A stretch of 64,000 bases of DNA from a virus. Lineage: Duplodnaviria > Caudoviricetes. Where the stretch lies: IMG/VR virus record IMGVR_UViG_3300020349_000003; one strand, given 5' to 3'. The notes below the pieces were generated by a model. That model saw only the letters and a program-made list of their open reading frames with translations, had not been told where the DNA came from and did no database searches. Below are positions 37,901 through 48,188 of this stretch, one piece after another. Within the stretch, counting starts at the first letter, position 1. Each line of letters starts with the position of its first letter. The position numbers and the translations under genes are program-made.

Positions 37901-40900
37901 TTCTAGGCTTCATACGAACAACATTACAATCAATGTTCCTAGAACGAATCCAAGGAATAGATGTAGATGAAAGAACTGAATCACCAGCACTAACTCTATC
38001 AATTCTTGGAACAACTCTTGTTCTGATACCAGATCTAGTTTGATTAGTTACAGATTCGACACGTATGCCTTCCATAACAGCACGACCCCAACCACCTGGC
38101 ATTCTGTTAGGTTGTCCTGAATTCCAACGTCCTGTTCTTGTTGTCTGTTCTCCAGTCCAAGTAGTCTGCCAACTACCCCATTGTGTTGGAGCAAAACCAT
38201 TTTGGTCAACGTTAAAGCTAGCAGCAGTGGCCTCAAAATCACCTTCTAAGTTCTGTATATTTTGTGGAACTCTGTTTGTTTCAACCCAATCATCAGATGC
38301 TGGAGTTAAATCAACACGTCCAATATAAGCAAAGACGTTAAATGGGTTTACATTCTCAACTCTTGAAGCATATGGTTGTATAATTAATGCTTCCTCTTCA
38401 TAAGGTAATGTTATGATAGGACCAGTCTTCCTATAGTTCTGAGATAATGAGTCATTAACAATCAAAGAAACGTTTGTTGTATAGTGAGAAGGACGGCAAA
38501 GACCATATGTAAAGTCTAAAGAAGCAGCCCAGTCTTGTGACTTAGTAAGAGACTTAGAATGATCTGTAAAGTCATCTACAATGAATCCATTCTTTAAACG
38601 GTTCTTACCAGAGGCATCAGTTATCTCAACGTTGAATGTATCAGTCTCTAACATATTAAGAGAAGTATAATACTCAACACTACCAAGGCGTTTTTCTATA
38701 GCCCCAATATCTCTCATAGTAAATCTCTTATTATCAGACTTGATAATAGTTACATCATCAGCAGGTTCAAATCCATAAGGCTTGTGTCTTAAGACTGCTA
38801 ATTGCATACCATCTTGTAAACCTTCTGGCTCAAGAGGAATCTCTGCAGACTTACCTTTAATTATCTGGAATTCGCCATTAGGTAGTATATAAATTTTATC
38901 AATCCTTCTTAGATACCAATCAATATCACACTTAAAGTTACTATTAATTTTCGGTATATCAAATAAGGTAGCAGATGGTGTACCCGAAGTTGGGAATACT
39001 CTTGACTTAAAGTCAAATGTAGAACAGTTTACGAATGCTGGAGAAGAAACTGTTCCTGTTCCTGTATAAAGATTCTTACATCCTGGACGGAAGTCTAAGT
39101 AATCTGCTAAGAACTTATCTCCATATATTGTTACATCCTTATAATCTGTATTCAAATAAGACTGTCCACCAAAGTAATCTCCAGTAGCAGAATGACTATA
39201 ATAATCTAATACAATTTTTAATTTTCTAATTGGAACTGCAAAACCCTTTCTTCTTACTAACTTAGAAGGTCCATAGAAGAAATCAGTTTGACCATTCTCT
39301 AACACATAACGGTCTGTAATTACCTTTGAACCTTCAATGATAGATCCAACAGCATCGTTAATAATACCACTAATAGCAAGATTGTTGCTATCAATACCTT
39401 CAACTGTTTCACCAGATACAAAATTACCATCAAGATATATGATAGTTAATTTTAAAGTACTTGTATTAAAGTCAACAACCATTGCTCTTGCTTTGGATGT
39501 CTTACCTGTAACTACAGTACCAGTAGCAAAGAAAGTTGGTTCAACTAATGTAATAGATGGAACTATAGGATCATTCTCATCTAAAGATTCGTATATTGCA
39601 TGAATCTTATATCCATCCATTAACCCAAGAGAAAGTTCTCTATCTTCAATTCTTGTACCATAAAGGTTTGAATATGTTAATCCATAATTCAACTTATCTT
39701 TGTTAGAGATAGTCTTATTGACTTTCATAACAAACATCTGTTGTGCTGCTTTTGTCTTTCTAGCAGTCACGTTCTTAGAAACAGTTGCTGTTACTTTAAT
39801 AGATGTAATGTTTGTTAGGTTATCAATCTGGATAGTTGTTTTATCAGCAGAAGTAAATGATGTATATCCTAAAGCACCAGAGTTTGCTGTATCAATTGGA
39901 AGTTGATCACCAATAGGATGAGTACCATTAGTACCACCCATTACTGTTAATGTATAATTCTCATTAGTAATTGCTTCAAACTGTTCATTCTCTGGAAGAG
40001 TAATTGATACTGAATCAGACGCAACAGTCTGAGCATCAAATGTTCTTCTACAAACCATTGATTCATCAGAGATACTCTTAATGTATGGCTTAGGCATTTG
40101 ACTCAATAGAGATGAATCTAGAGTCTCATTCAGTTTAGATCTATAACGAATTAGAGTTGTATATGTACCTGCACTAGGATAGTTAGAACCTGGAGGTGTT
40201 ACATTAACTGTTTGTGCTGAGTAATCAAAAATAGTTAATGTATTACCAGAACCTAAAGCTGCTGGTGTAATGAAATCAACAGTAACATATTGTGTTGCAG
40301 AGAAGTATATTCTATCTCCTGGTCTTAGGTCAGCAGCAAAGTTTGATTGTAAACCTGTAATCTTTTCAGAACCACCAGTAGCATCATAAGTGAATGTTGC
40401 ACCCTGAACAATCTTAACATCTTCTAATCTTAGATCTGTTGTAAATTCTATTGCTTGAGTATTCTCATCTCTAGAAACTAATTGTCTTGAATCAGAGTAT
40501 TGATATACATGTGTATTACTAATTGTATCTAACAATTCACCATCAAGAAGTAATGATTCTCCTTTTTGGAAAGTACCTTCTACTTGATACAATTGTAAAT
40601 GAGCACTAGTAGTAGAAGCAATAATGTACCCTTTAGCACCTGTAGTTAAACCAGTAACTATAGAACCTTGAGGAACAGTTTTAGATGAACCTATTTGAAC
40701 TACAGTGATCATCTGTATATCAAATAGATTTAACTTATATCTATCGTCAGCATCACCAAATGTACTATTAGGATCGGTTACAAATTCACATGAAGAAATT
40801 CTAGCATAACCAATTATATTACCTTGAGCATCACCAGGAGTTGCTGTAAATTCGTCATGCAATTCTACAGTTTGGTATGCATTACTAATAGTAGAACCAG

Positions 40901-42125
40901 AAACATTAGGGAATCCATAAAGATTACTAATGTGTGAATAGTTACCTAATGTAAATCCTATATTAGTATTCTGTTGTGAATTTGTATCTCTAGGCTTCTC
41001 CAAATCAATATAAGTTGGAGCCATAGTTTTAATTCTATAACCCCTAACATATGCAGTTCCTGGACCTATCTCAATAGAATATAAATTCTCGGATGCAGTA
41101 AATCCACTACTGGTTGTTTCTCCAGCAGTATACACACCATTATTAAACCCATCATTTAGGTTATCTCTCATAGAGATCTGGAAGTCTTGTACAACATAGT
41201 CTCCAGATTCTTCATATGTTCTTAATGCTAATGATTTTTCTAACTCACCAAAAGCAGTACGGTCAACAAGTTTTTCAATCTTATCACCGTTAATACGAAG
41301 TAATTCGATGAAGTCTTTATCAGCATCATCTGTAAGTAATTTCTTAATTAAGTTGGTTGTTATTCTGAACCTGTGAGAACCAGGAGCAGCATAATTAGAT
41401 GTTCCTGCAGCGTTATCATTGAGGCTAAGGTCATCTTCTGGGGTAACAATTGACTCAAGTATTTCGAGTCCGATTCTATATTTTGGAGAGGTTCCATATT
41501 GATCAAGAAGTATATACTGATAGGGTACGTCAACAAAGAATCCTCTGATGAAATAAACACCAGGTTGCACATAAGCAACAGAACCCTTTAAAATTGAAGC
41601 AGTAGGTAGAAGTTGTGCGAATGGAGAACCAACCTCAATCAAAGTACTACCAAAGGTAATGTCAGATTCAGTGACTAATTGTTCGTTATTTGAGAAAGTA
41701 GTTTGGTTATTTGCTGTACCACCAGATTCAATATACTTTAGATATATTGTAATATAACCTTTCTCAGACTCTGTTGCAGATATACTATAAAGTACTTGTG
41801 CTTTAACACCAGAGGTTAAACCTGTAATTATTTTACCATCAAGTTGACTACGGTATGATTCTACGTCAGCACCTAAGAAACTTTCTTGGAGTAATATACA
41901 ATCAACTGATTTGTCATAACCAATCTGGCCAGGTATGACCATCGCACCATCTTTAAAATTGTACGACCCCATATTCTCAATCTGATTTTGCATAATCGAT
42001 TGAGAAGTCGTAAGTTCTCTTGCCTGTATAGGGAATCCAGGTCGGAACAGCACTCGATAAAAGTTCTTACTTTTATCAAAGTCGTCGTAATACGGTGTTA
42101 CGTTTAAATTAGTATTTTGTGCCAT
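34947..42125 (-). CDS. vrlC: VrlC-like virion structural protein (DUF4815)
   Basis: NLNV.PYYDDFD, LFRPG.P.QARELT, RTYEESGDY, RFTMRDIG, KNGFIVDDF and DPLAQSF. Confidence 0.9.
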   Translation of the reverse strand: MAQNTNLNVTPYYDDFDKSKNFYRVLFRPGFPIQARELTTSQSIMQNQIENMGSYNFKDGAMVIPGQIGYDKSVDCILLQESFLGADVESYRSQLDGKIITGLTSGVKAQVLYSISATESEKGYITIYLKYIESGGTANNQTTFSNNEQLVTESDITFGSTLIEVGSPFAQLLPTASILKGSVAYVQPGVYFIRGFFVDVPYQYILLDQYGTSPKYRIGLEILESIVTPEDDLSLNDNAAGTSNYAAPGSHRFRITTNLIKKLLTDDADKDFIELLRINGDKIEKLVDRTAFGELEKSLALRTYEESGDYVVQDFQISMRDNLNDGFNNGVYTAGETTSSGFTASENLYSIEIGPGTAYVRGYRIKTMAPTYIDLEKPRDTNSQQNTNIGFTLGNYSHISNLYGFPNVSGSTISNAYQTVELHDEFTATPGDAQGNIIGYARISSCEFVTDPNSTFGDADDRYKLNLFDIQMITVVQIGSSKTVPQGSIVTGLTTGAKGYIIASTTSAHLQLYQVEGTFQKGESLLLDGELLDTISNTHVYQYSDSRQLVSRDENTQAIEFTTDLRLEDVKIVQGATFTYDATGGSEKITGLQSNFAADLRPGDRIYFSATQYVTVDFITPAALGSGNTLTIFDYSAQTVNVTPPGSNYPSAGTYTTLIRYRSKLNETLDSSLLSQMPKPYIKSISDESMVCRRTFDAQTVASDSVSITLPENEQFEAITNENYTLTVMGGTNGTHPIGDQLPIDTANSGALGYTSFTSADKTTIQIDNLTNITSIKVTATVSKNVTARKTKAAQQMFVMKVNKTISNKDKLNYGLTYSNLYGTRIEDRELSLGLMDGYKIHAIYESLDENDPIVPSITLVEPTFFATGTVVTGKTSKARAMVVDFNTSTLKLTIIYLDGNFVSGETVEGIDSNNLAISGIINDAVGSIIEGSKVITDRYVLENGQTDFFYGPSKLVRRKGFAVPIRKLKIVLDYYSHSATGDYFGGQSYLNTDYKDVTIYGDKFLADYLDFRPGCKNLYTGTGTVSSPAFVNCSTFDFKSRVFPTSGTPSATLFDIPKINSNFKCDIDWYLRRIDKIYILPNGEFQIIKGKSAEIPLEPEGLQDGMQLAVLRHKPYGFEPADDVTIIKSDNKRFTMRDIGAIEKRLGSVEYYTSLNMLETDTFNVEITDASGKNRLKNGFIVDDFTDHSKSLTKSQDWAASLDFTYGLCRPSHYTTNVSLIVNDSLSQNYRKTGPIITLPYEEEALIIQPYASRVENVNPFNVFAYIGRVDLTPASDDWVETNRVPQNIQNLEGDFEATAASFNVDQNGFAPTQWGSWQTTWTGEQTTRTGRWNSGQPNRMPGGWGRAVMEGIRVESVTNQTRSGIRTRVVPRIDRVSAGDSVLSSTSIPWIRSRNIDCNVVRMKPRTSFFAFFDGQRVDAYLTPKIIEVIKDSTTDSRTNSTPFVEGETVTGLTSGCKLQVAAPNDYFTYNPYDDTELPSSYASTTNFININTTSLAAQAVGEYFGNVQVGEVLQGASGARAVVKDRRCISDRRGQYRASLFIPDAGINTNPRWSTGTRLLRFTTNENDSRLPGTVDSAAQVEYRATGSLNTVQEVILSIRNAEVTQDTQTQSQSITTTIRDETRQVGWWDPLAQSFLVDEEGGTFITSVDIYFATKDVNIPISMQVRTMENGYPTTTILPFSDTTLTPEQVQISETGAVATRFTFRAPVYIPQSQEHCFVLFSDSNTYKVWISRMGELDITGDRTISEQPYAGVLFKSQNATTWTADQYEDMKFIVNRAVFDTSVASRVTLNNAPLDRGNRGKIILQPDGIQTFQPELQLVMNSTTLPFSAGARVYQKTTLAEGTIKTVASSAGGVLLTINDISGSWSSGSNTGGVISNRLVSSKTLATMTVTGASGDFTVGETITGNSATTPTAEVVTWTPGSNTLTLKYVSTDYTASTETITGGTSSVTATVNAITYSGDVIETGAVSDAYPSTSPTYTSSQRRIKVFHSNHGMHDNDNNVTLTGITSEVSTTYLTSSISAADTSIQVNDGTAFHTTINGGTVGTANVGYVKIDDEIISYSAVSGDGKTITAYERGVDGTTAVTHTDDSVVECYNLDGIPLTELNKTHVAIMAPSLDSYELTTTSIAKLGIKSGGNSIEASQNIQYEVLTPQVQKLILPKTSIDGTVNTISGTSINDGVSLAQNSFSNTGEFFDVVLNDYNEFLAPQLICSQINESAELSGSKSFRLDLTLKSEKENVSPIIDTDRMSVILTSNRINSPSNINSALLPVGDEHEAVYITRIATLSNPSGAIKLMFSATRPPDTHIKPLYRVLPAGSTDNIETLGWEFFPTGGDSVIPATTDEEVYRDYAYEMSGLDFTQYQIKILFVSQNQASIPKIMDLRAIALAV

Positions 42126-42129
42126 TCGT

Positions 42130-43662
42130 TTAGAACTCGATTACGATTTTAATGTCTTCTACTTGGTCGTTTGCACGACTGATTGCTCTCCTATTATCTA
42201 TGTAAACAACCTGACCGCTATTTGACTTAATCTCTGGTTTAGCATATCCAGAATTAAATCTCATACCTAAATCGTATTCAGTGTTGTTAATAGTTCTAGA
42301 AGAAGAGTTTGGAACAGCAGGGAAGTTTACATCTGGTTGCCCAGCTGCACCTGAAGTTGCACCACTTATAACGTTAGATCCATCAAACTCATTCTGTGTA
42401 CCAGTAACTTCTGGGAAGATACCATCAATTTCATTTTGATAATATTTCAAGACTTTCGTTGTGGCATTCCAGGATATAACCCTTCCACGTGCAGTAACGT
42501 TTGTACCACCAACAACTCTAGTTTGAGTGATAATTTCGTCAGGGACATAGTTACCTTGGAATGTTGGAGAAAATATAACTGCTTTAGTAGCAGAAACTGT
42601 AAGGTCTGATATCAACTCAGTTGTACCAAACTTAAGAGGATTGGATATTAATCCAATACGACGATAGTCGTTATCAACTGGGAAGTCACCAGCACCCTCA
42701 TCGTATGAGAGTTTAGCGTTAATCATAACTCGGAATGCACCAAGTTCGATAACAGTGTCAGAACCATGACCACCTGGAGGTGGAATGATTACATCGACTT
42801 GACCACCTTGACCAGTACCAATACCAGTAATATTGTCAACAGAAATTTTACCAAAGGTATATCCAGTACCACCACTAGTAACAGTAGCAGAAATAATTTT
42901 ACCTCCATCGACAACAATAGAGACCCTACCGCCAGTACCGTCACCGTTAATAGAAACATTATCGTAAGTACCGTTGTTGTAACCTGTACCTGCAGCATTA
43001 ATAACTACAGTATCAACTTCACCTTCAACAGCATTTGTCTTCACTGCATCATTGGTGAACACAGGCATATAGTCGTTCGAGAAGAACTTAAGGACGGAAG
43101 CAACAGGGATAGTATACATATACTTCCATCTGTAACCATCACCAGTCGTAACAATAGAGGTAGAAGTACCAGTAGGTTCAACAGTAGAAGGTTTTCCGTT
43201 AGGATCGCTAGGAGAAGTACCGTTATAGATGCACTTATAAACTTGATACTGAGAGTTTACAACGTAAAAGTCAGAGTCATATAGTTTAGTAGCACCAGAA
43301 GCAGCAGTTTTACTTGGAGAATAGTCATGTCTATACATGTCATAGGTGAAACCTAGACCACCAGTAGTTTGTTCTGGAGAAACCCAGTCAATTCTACGAG
43401 AGACTTGAACAGTATCAGAAGCGAGGACTCTCTTCAACGATATCATGTCATCGTAAGAACCCGAAAATTCGGAGAATGAATCGACTGCCTGTGGAGGCGA
43501 GTTTTCATTATCCCACGTTTGCGGTCTACCTATAAAAAGATAAACACGATCTCGTGTTGCACCTGCAGCTGTATCGCTTTGGGTTGCGTCTGGACCTTCG
43601 AGAGCCTTAATAAATTTTAATGCCGAAAAAATCCTAAATTGATCAGTTAATAGAGCTGCCAT
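42130..43662 (-). CDS. g8: Baseplate wedge subunit gp8
   Basis: YLFIGRPQ.W, VYKCI.NG, DGYRWKYMYTI and YIDNRR.I.RA.DQ.EDIKIVIEF. Confidence 0.93.
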   Translation of the reverse strand: MAALLTDQFRIFSALKFIKALEGPDATQSDTAAGATRDRVYLFIGRPQTWDNENSPPQAVDSFSEFSGSYDDMISLKRVLASDTVQVSRRIDWVSPEQTTGGLGFTYDMYRHDYSPSKTAASGATKLYDSDFYVVNSQYQVYKCIYNGTSPSDPNGKPSTVEPTGTSTSIVTTGDGYRWKYMYTIPVASVLKFFSNDYMPVFTNDAVKTNAVEGEVDTVVINAAGTGYNNGTYDNVSINGDGTGGRVSIVVDGGKIISATVTSGGTGYTFGKISVDNITGIGTGQGGQVDVIIPPPGGHGSDTVIELGAFRVMINAKLSYDEGAGDFPVDNDYRRIGLISNPLKFGTTELISDLTVSATKAVIFSPTFQGNYVPDEIITQTRVVGGTNVTARGRVISWNATTKVLKYYQNEIDGIFPEVTGTQNEFDGSNVISGATSGAAGQPDVNFPAVPNSSSRTINNTEYDLGMRFNSGYAKPEIKSNSGQVVYIDNRRAISRANDQVEDIKIVIEF

Positions 43663-43688
43663 TTCCTAGTGACTATTGTCCTCTTGTT

Positions 43689-43695
43689 TATTTAT
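43689..43695 (-). promoter_or_regulatory. Late promoter ATAAATA (g8)
   Basis: Motif in the intergenic gap upstream of g8. Confidence 0.7.
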
Positions 43696-43697
43696 GT

Positions 43698-46600
43698 CTA
43701 TTTGGAACGAACTGTTGTTGAATACTCGATTCGTTTGATTCTATAATTTGCTCCACTATTACCAGATGCATTTTCACCACCCAATATTGCTTGTGCAGAT
43801 GCACCAGCTCCAGTAGTATCTCCTGCAGCATTAGTAAACTGTACTGTTGGATGAAGGGCATAGAACCCATCAACACTTTGTACTATTCCAAATCCACCAC
43901 TAGTGAGAGTAATATCCTTTACTTGGTCACCAGCAGTTGTCATATTAACAATACCAGTTGCTGTTATATCTCCGATGTCTTCAACAACTAGTGTTGGTGC
44001 AGCAGTATAGTTAGTTCCTGGATTCTGCATAACAAAATCTATTACAGTTGTATTGTATGAAAATTCATATAAGTAACCGTTCACGCCTTTATTAACATCA
44101 CCCGTATTATACGGAACAATATCTTTAAGTTGTAAAATAGAATCTACTGGATTCCAAGAAACAACTGTTCCTCTAACGCCAGAAACAGAACCAGTAACAA
44201 TCTCATTAACACCAAATGATAGACCATTACCCACTGATGGATCTAGGTATAGATTAACAAGTGCCTCATGTTCTACACCATCAGTCAATGTTCCTGCTGC
44301 ACTAATAGTTGCGTATTTAAACGGAATAGCAGCATCTTTAATCTGGTCACCAACTTGGAATAAGGTTGTGTTTTGACCACCAAGTGTTTCTTCAATACCA
44401 TATAACGAACTGTAAATACCACCATCAAGATTAATTTGATTTTCAAATGTTGTACTAGTATTAACCAAATCAATAATACCATCTCCAGCACCATCTAATT
44501 CATCATTATCTTCAAACTTCTTATCTATCATAAGACCGATAGGAACCGTCAAGGTAACAATACCTGGTCCTCCAAGATCATCTAATAGAACGTGGGGATT
44601 AAATCCACCAGTAGCACTATTGGCAACACCTGCATCAAATTGAACGATTGCATCTTCAGTAGATGGTCTACCACCATCAATAAATGCCAATTCATCAACT
44701 TCAAATGTAACTAAAAGTTCTCTTGTAAATTTATTAAAGTCATAAACTTTAGCAATTTTATTACTAGCATTCTCAACCTTTCTAATAACTCTATCACCGA
44801 CATTAAATTCATATGCTGATGAACCATCAGGATTGTTCTGTCCGATATCAAGAATAACTCTTTGGTCATAATTAAAGTTTACACCTCTAGTTAATCCAGA
44901 AAATTTACCTGCAGCCTTATTGGTATAAGCTATAGTTTCCTTATTAAGAATGATTGTACCAGAACCAGGATACGCATCTGTAGAATCAACATATATTGTT
45001 GTATCTGCAGGAGCAACATCTTTAACAAGACCTGTAAGGTAATTAGCACCTGAATTATATGCCTGTCTTGCTCTAGTTTTACGCTTAAGATTAACAAGTT
45101 TGGTGAATATAACTGATGGTGGATTAACATATCCACTACCAGGGTCTGTAACTATTATTTCACTAATAGAACCTTGAGCGATTCTTGCTTCTGCTTTTGC
45201 CCCTATACCTCCACCACCAGTAATTAGAATATAAGGAGGTTCTTCATAATATTCACCAGAATCAACTATAGAAATATTTTTAACTTGTCCTAATGTATCA
45301 ACCGAAGCAGCACCTTCAGCACCTTGTCCACCACCACCTTCAAATATAAGAGTTGGTGGAGTTGAATATTCTCTACCACCATTCATTAAAGAAAGACCAG
45401 TAATTGTTTGTACTATAGGGCTACCAGTAGCACCACTACCTTCTCCACCTAAAATTCTTGCTGTAGCAGCACCAAAATAGTTATCACCCATTTTAGTCAT
45501 CTTAACATAATCAATCTGGCCAGGATTTGCAGCACTTAAAACAATTTCACCTTCTGCTCCACCTGGGAAAATAGATTCTTGTATTGGAAGTGTATCTCCT
45601 TCAAATGTAGGAGAACCATAAAAGCTATTTCCAATTATATAAGGATAAGTGGGATTCCCAGATCCATCCTCAGTCATGAAATATGCATATGTACCGTTAG
45701 GATACTCTGGAGTTACGGCAAATCTACCGTTGTATTCATCAAGAGTTCCTTGATTATCCCAAATATTATCTTCTACTAAATCTCCAAGAACATATCCATC
45801 TTGAACAGTTCTTGTTCCTATTGCAGCAGATGTATAAGCAAAGAAATATAATGCTAATGGTGCATCCACAGGAACGATGAATTTTATCTCTCTGGAAGAA
45901 GCTGTATTGAATCCAGCATTATATGAAGCATACGTTACTTCAGATCCTTCTAACCAATAACTAATACCAACTCCATTATACAAATATGAAGAATCTTGAG
46001 GAGTAGATGATACATGCCACCCATCTTCTGTTGCAGATAATAACATCTGATTGTTATACATCGATGCATCATTCTGTTGGAAAATATATGTATTACCTCT
46101 TAAAAGATTTAAGAATGAAATCTGACTACCATCATAATTGTAAGTACCATTAGCAAGAGTTACTGCATAAGTTACAGTTGCTGGTGTGGTAATTTGTGGT
46201 CTTGCACCTGCTATTTCAGCACCTGTTTTTAATCTATATCCAGTCGATTCCCTTGCAGATACACCACTAGAATTATATCCATAAGGACCATAAATTGGAT
46301 AACCATCATAAGACATACCCAAGATCTTAGAGTGTCCATCAGCATGTCTACTGTAATCTGGTGAAGCACCACCATCATAATAATCAGTAATGTAATAATC
46401 GTTATCTGGTGTATGTGCTTCGACAGTAGGGTCTAAGATCATATAACCTTCATGACCTTCATGACCAGACATATATCTATGATTCTTACAGTAATAGTAA
46501 ATGCGATTAGTCTCATCCTCATTCATTATGAACAGAGGTTGTAACTCAGTCTCATAATCTGTAGATGGTGCTGCACTTGCACCTGTACTATTATAATAAA

Positions 46601-48182
46601 GTGACCCACCATTTAATAAACCATCCTGTGTAGTACTGAACTGCATAGGATGTCCAGCTACATGATGTTCTCCAGGAGAATTAGTAGCATCAGATTGATT
46701 CCATATAATTAAATAATTTCTTTGAACTTTAATATTTTCAGGAGAAAGATAATACTGTCCTGGAACAAATGGACCAAACTCTGCAGCATCAGTTCCAAAA
46801 TCAATATAGAAAATACCATTAGGGAATGTTGTTACTGGTTCTGCAATTCTAAAACTAAAACCAGTAGAACCTAAAAGTACATCATCTTCAGTAAATGCAT
46901 TTTTAAGATCTCTTAGATATACATGTGTAATTACTCCTAGATTATTCTTTACAACCTTTGCAATTTCTCCTCTAGCATTGCCACCAATCTCATCTACTGT
47001 TCTACCAACTTCAACAGTTCCTAATGTTTCATCAACATTTTCAACTTGCAACATTACATTATCAAATTCTACTTTAATATTCCAAACAAATTGTTGTTGC
47101 TTACCCCATTCAAAGACACCATTTTTAGAAGCAAATTCATTAACAGTTTTACTCGATTGATATAAATATTGATTTCCATCAATTACTGCATCATAGGCAT
47201 TGCTATTTTTAATATGAGTATGTTTTACAGCATCTATTGTAAATCCTGGAGGTGGACTTCCATCTGGACCCCATTCTGGTGTATGAACTAATCCACCGTT
47301 TGCCAATATGCCAGTAACTTTATCTAATTGTTCTTCTCTAGTATCAGGATCTGGTACATCTTTACCTCCCCTATAAATAAATTCTTGATTAAAAGTACGA
47401 TCTATTAATGCTTCGCCAATGGTAACTGCACCAGAGGTTGCAGATTTAAATGTATGAACAGTTGTATTAGATGATGGTGCTGTTGATAATACTTGTACTG
47501 TAATTGTTGTGGAAGTAGTAGAAAGTATTGGTATAGCAGTGTTACATACTGGATCACCTGTACGAGGATATGTGTGATCTGTTGCGTGATTATCTTCAGC
47601 ACAAGTAAATGTTAATGAATTAGTTGCTATTCTAATACGTTCACCTACAATATGAGTATGACTACCAATGGTCATTTCCATCAAACCACTAGTAGGATTA
47701 TAATTAATTAGACCAGGTGTATATTGTTTAAAATCAGCACCAACTCCACCTCCAGGTGCTCGTTCATCTATAAGTGGTGTTGGTTTTGGATGATTATCAG
47801 AAGTGATAGTTATCCTATCTGAGTTAGTAGTAAACGTTCCTGCAGTTGGGGAATTTGGATGAGTCTGCCATATCTTGTTAATATCAAATGAAGTAACAAC
47901 ATTAGGAGTATCCTGAGATGGAATTATCTGTAACCTTAAAGGATCGTATCCTTTACCTCTTTCTAAAACTCTAACGTGTATTATCTTACCAGAATCATCA
48001 TCAATAATTGGATACAATAATGCTGCCTGATCAGGAGTACCACAACCAGTAATAGTTAAACGTGGAGGATCTGCTTGAGAGTATGAATCTCCTCCGTCAA
48101 CTACTCTTACTGCACGAACACCAAATATCTTATCGAAAATAGGTTCAATTACAGCACCACTACCAGGAACAGTTCTTGCCAT
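43698..48182 (-). CDS. Large virion structural protein with split YHYH domain, cupredoxin-like inserts and G-rich modules
   Basis: GHSKILG.SYDGYPIYGPYGY and LDEYNGRF.VTPEYPNGTYAYF (YHYH-type); HP...YYYCKNHRYM; G.GY repeats. Confidence 0.8.
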   Translation of the reverse strand: MARTVPGSGAVIEPIFDKIFGVRAVRVVDGGDSYSQADPPRLTITGCGTPDQAALLYPIIDDDSGKIIHVRVLERGKGYDPLRLQIIPSQDTPNVVTSFDINKIWQTHPNSPTAGTFTTNSDRITITSDNHPKPTPLIDERAPGGGVGADFKQYTPGLINYNPTSGLMEMTIGSHTHIVGERIRIATNSLTFTCAEDNHATDHTYPRTGDPVCNTAIPILSTTSTTITVQVLSTAPSSNTTVHTFKSATSGAVTIGEALIDRTFNQEFIYRGGKDVPDPDTREEQLDKVTGILANGGLVHTPEWGPDGSPPPGFTIDAVKHTHIKNSNAYDAVIDGNQYLYQSSKTVNEFASKNGVFEWGKQQQFVWNIKVEFDNVMLQVENVDETLGTVEVGRTVDEIGGNARGEIAKVVKNNLGVITHVYLRDLKNAFTEDDVLLGSTGFSFRIAEPVTTFPNGIFYIDFGTDAAEFGPFVPGQYYLSPENIKVQRNYLIIWNQSDATNSPGEHHVAGHPMQFSTTQDGLLNGGSLYYNSTGASAAPSTDYETELQPLFIMNEDETNRIYYYCKNHRYMSGHEGHEGYMILDPTVEAHTPDNDYYITDYYDGGASPDYSRHADGHSKILGMSYDGYPIYGPYGYNSSGVSARESTGYRLKTGAEIAGARPQITTPATVTYAVTLANGTYNYDGSQISFLNLLRGNTYIFQQNDASMYNNQMLLSATEDGWHVSSTPQDSSYLYNGVGISYWLEGSEVTYASYNAGFNTASSREIKFIVPVDAPLALYFFAYTSAAIGTRTVQDGYVLGDLVEDNIWDNQGTLDEYNGRFAVTPEYPNGTYAYFMTEDGSGNPTYPYIIGNSFYGSPTFEGDTLPIQESIFPGGAEGEIVLSAANPGQIDYVKMTKMGDNYFGAATARILGGEGSGATGSPIVQTITGLSLMNGGREYSTPPTLIFEGGGGQGAEGAASVDTLGQVKNISIVDSGEYYEEPPYILITGGGGIGAKAEARIAQGSISEIIVTDPGSGYVNPPSVIFTKLVNLKRKTRARQAYNSGANYLTGLVKDVAPADTTIYVDSTDAYPGSGTIILNKETIAYTNKAAGKFSGLTRGVNFNYDQRVILDIGQNNPDGSSAYEFNVGDRVIRKVENASNKIAKVYDFNKFTRELLVTFEVDELAFIDGGRPSTEDAIVQFDAGVANSATGGFNPHVLLDDLGGPGIVTLTVPIGLMIDKKFEDNDELDGAGDGIIDLVNTSTTFENQINLDGGIYSSLYGIEETLGGQNTTLFQVGDQIKDAAIPFKYATISAAGTLTDGVEHEALVNLYLDPSVGNGLSFGVNEIVTGSVSGVRGTVVSWNPVDSILQLKDIVPYNTGDVNKGVNGYLYEFSYNTTVIDFVMQNPGTNYTAAPTLVVEDIGDITATGIVNMTTAGDQVKDITLTSGGFGIVQSVDGFYALHPTVQFTNAAGDTTGAGASAQAILGGENASGNSGANYRIKRIEYSTTVRSK

Positions 48183-48188
48183 ATCTTA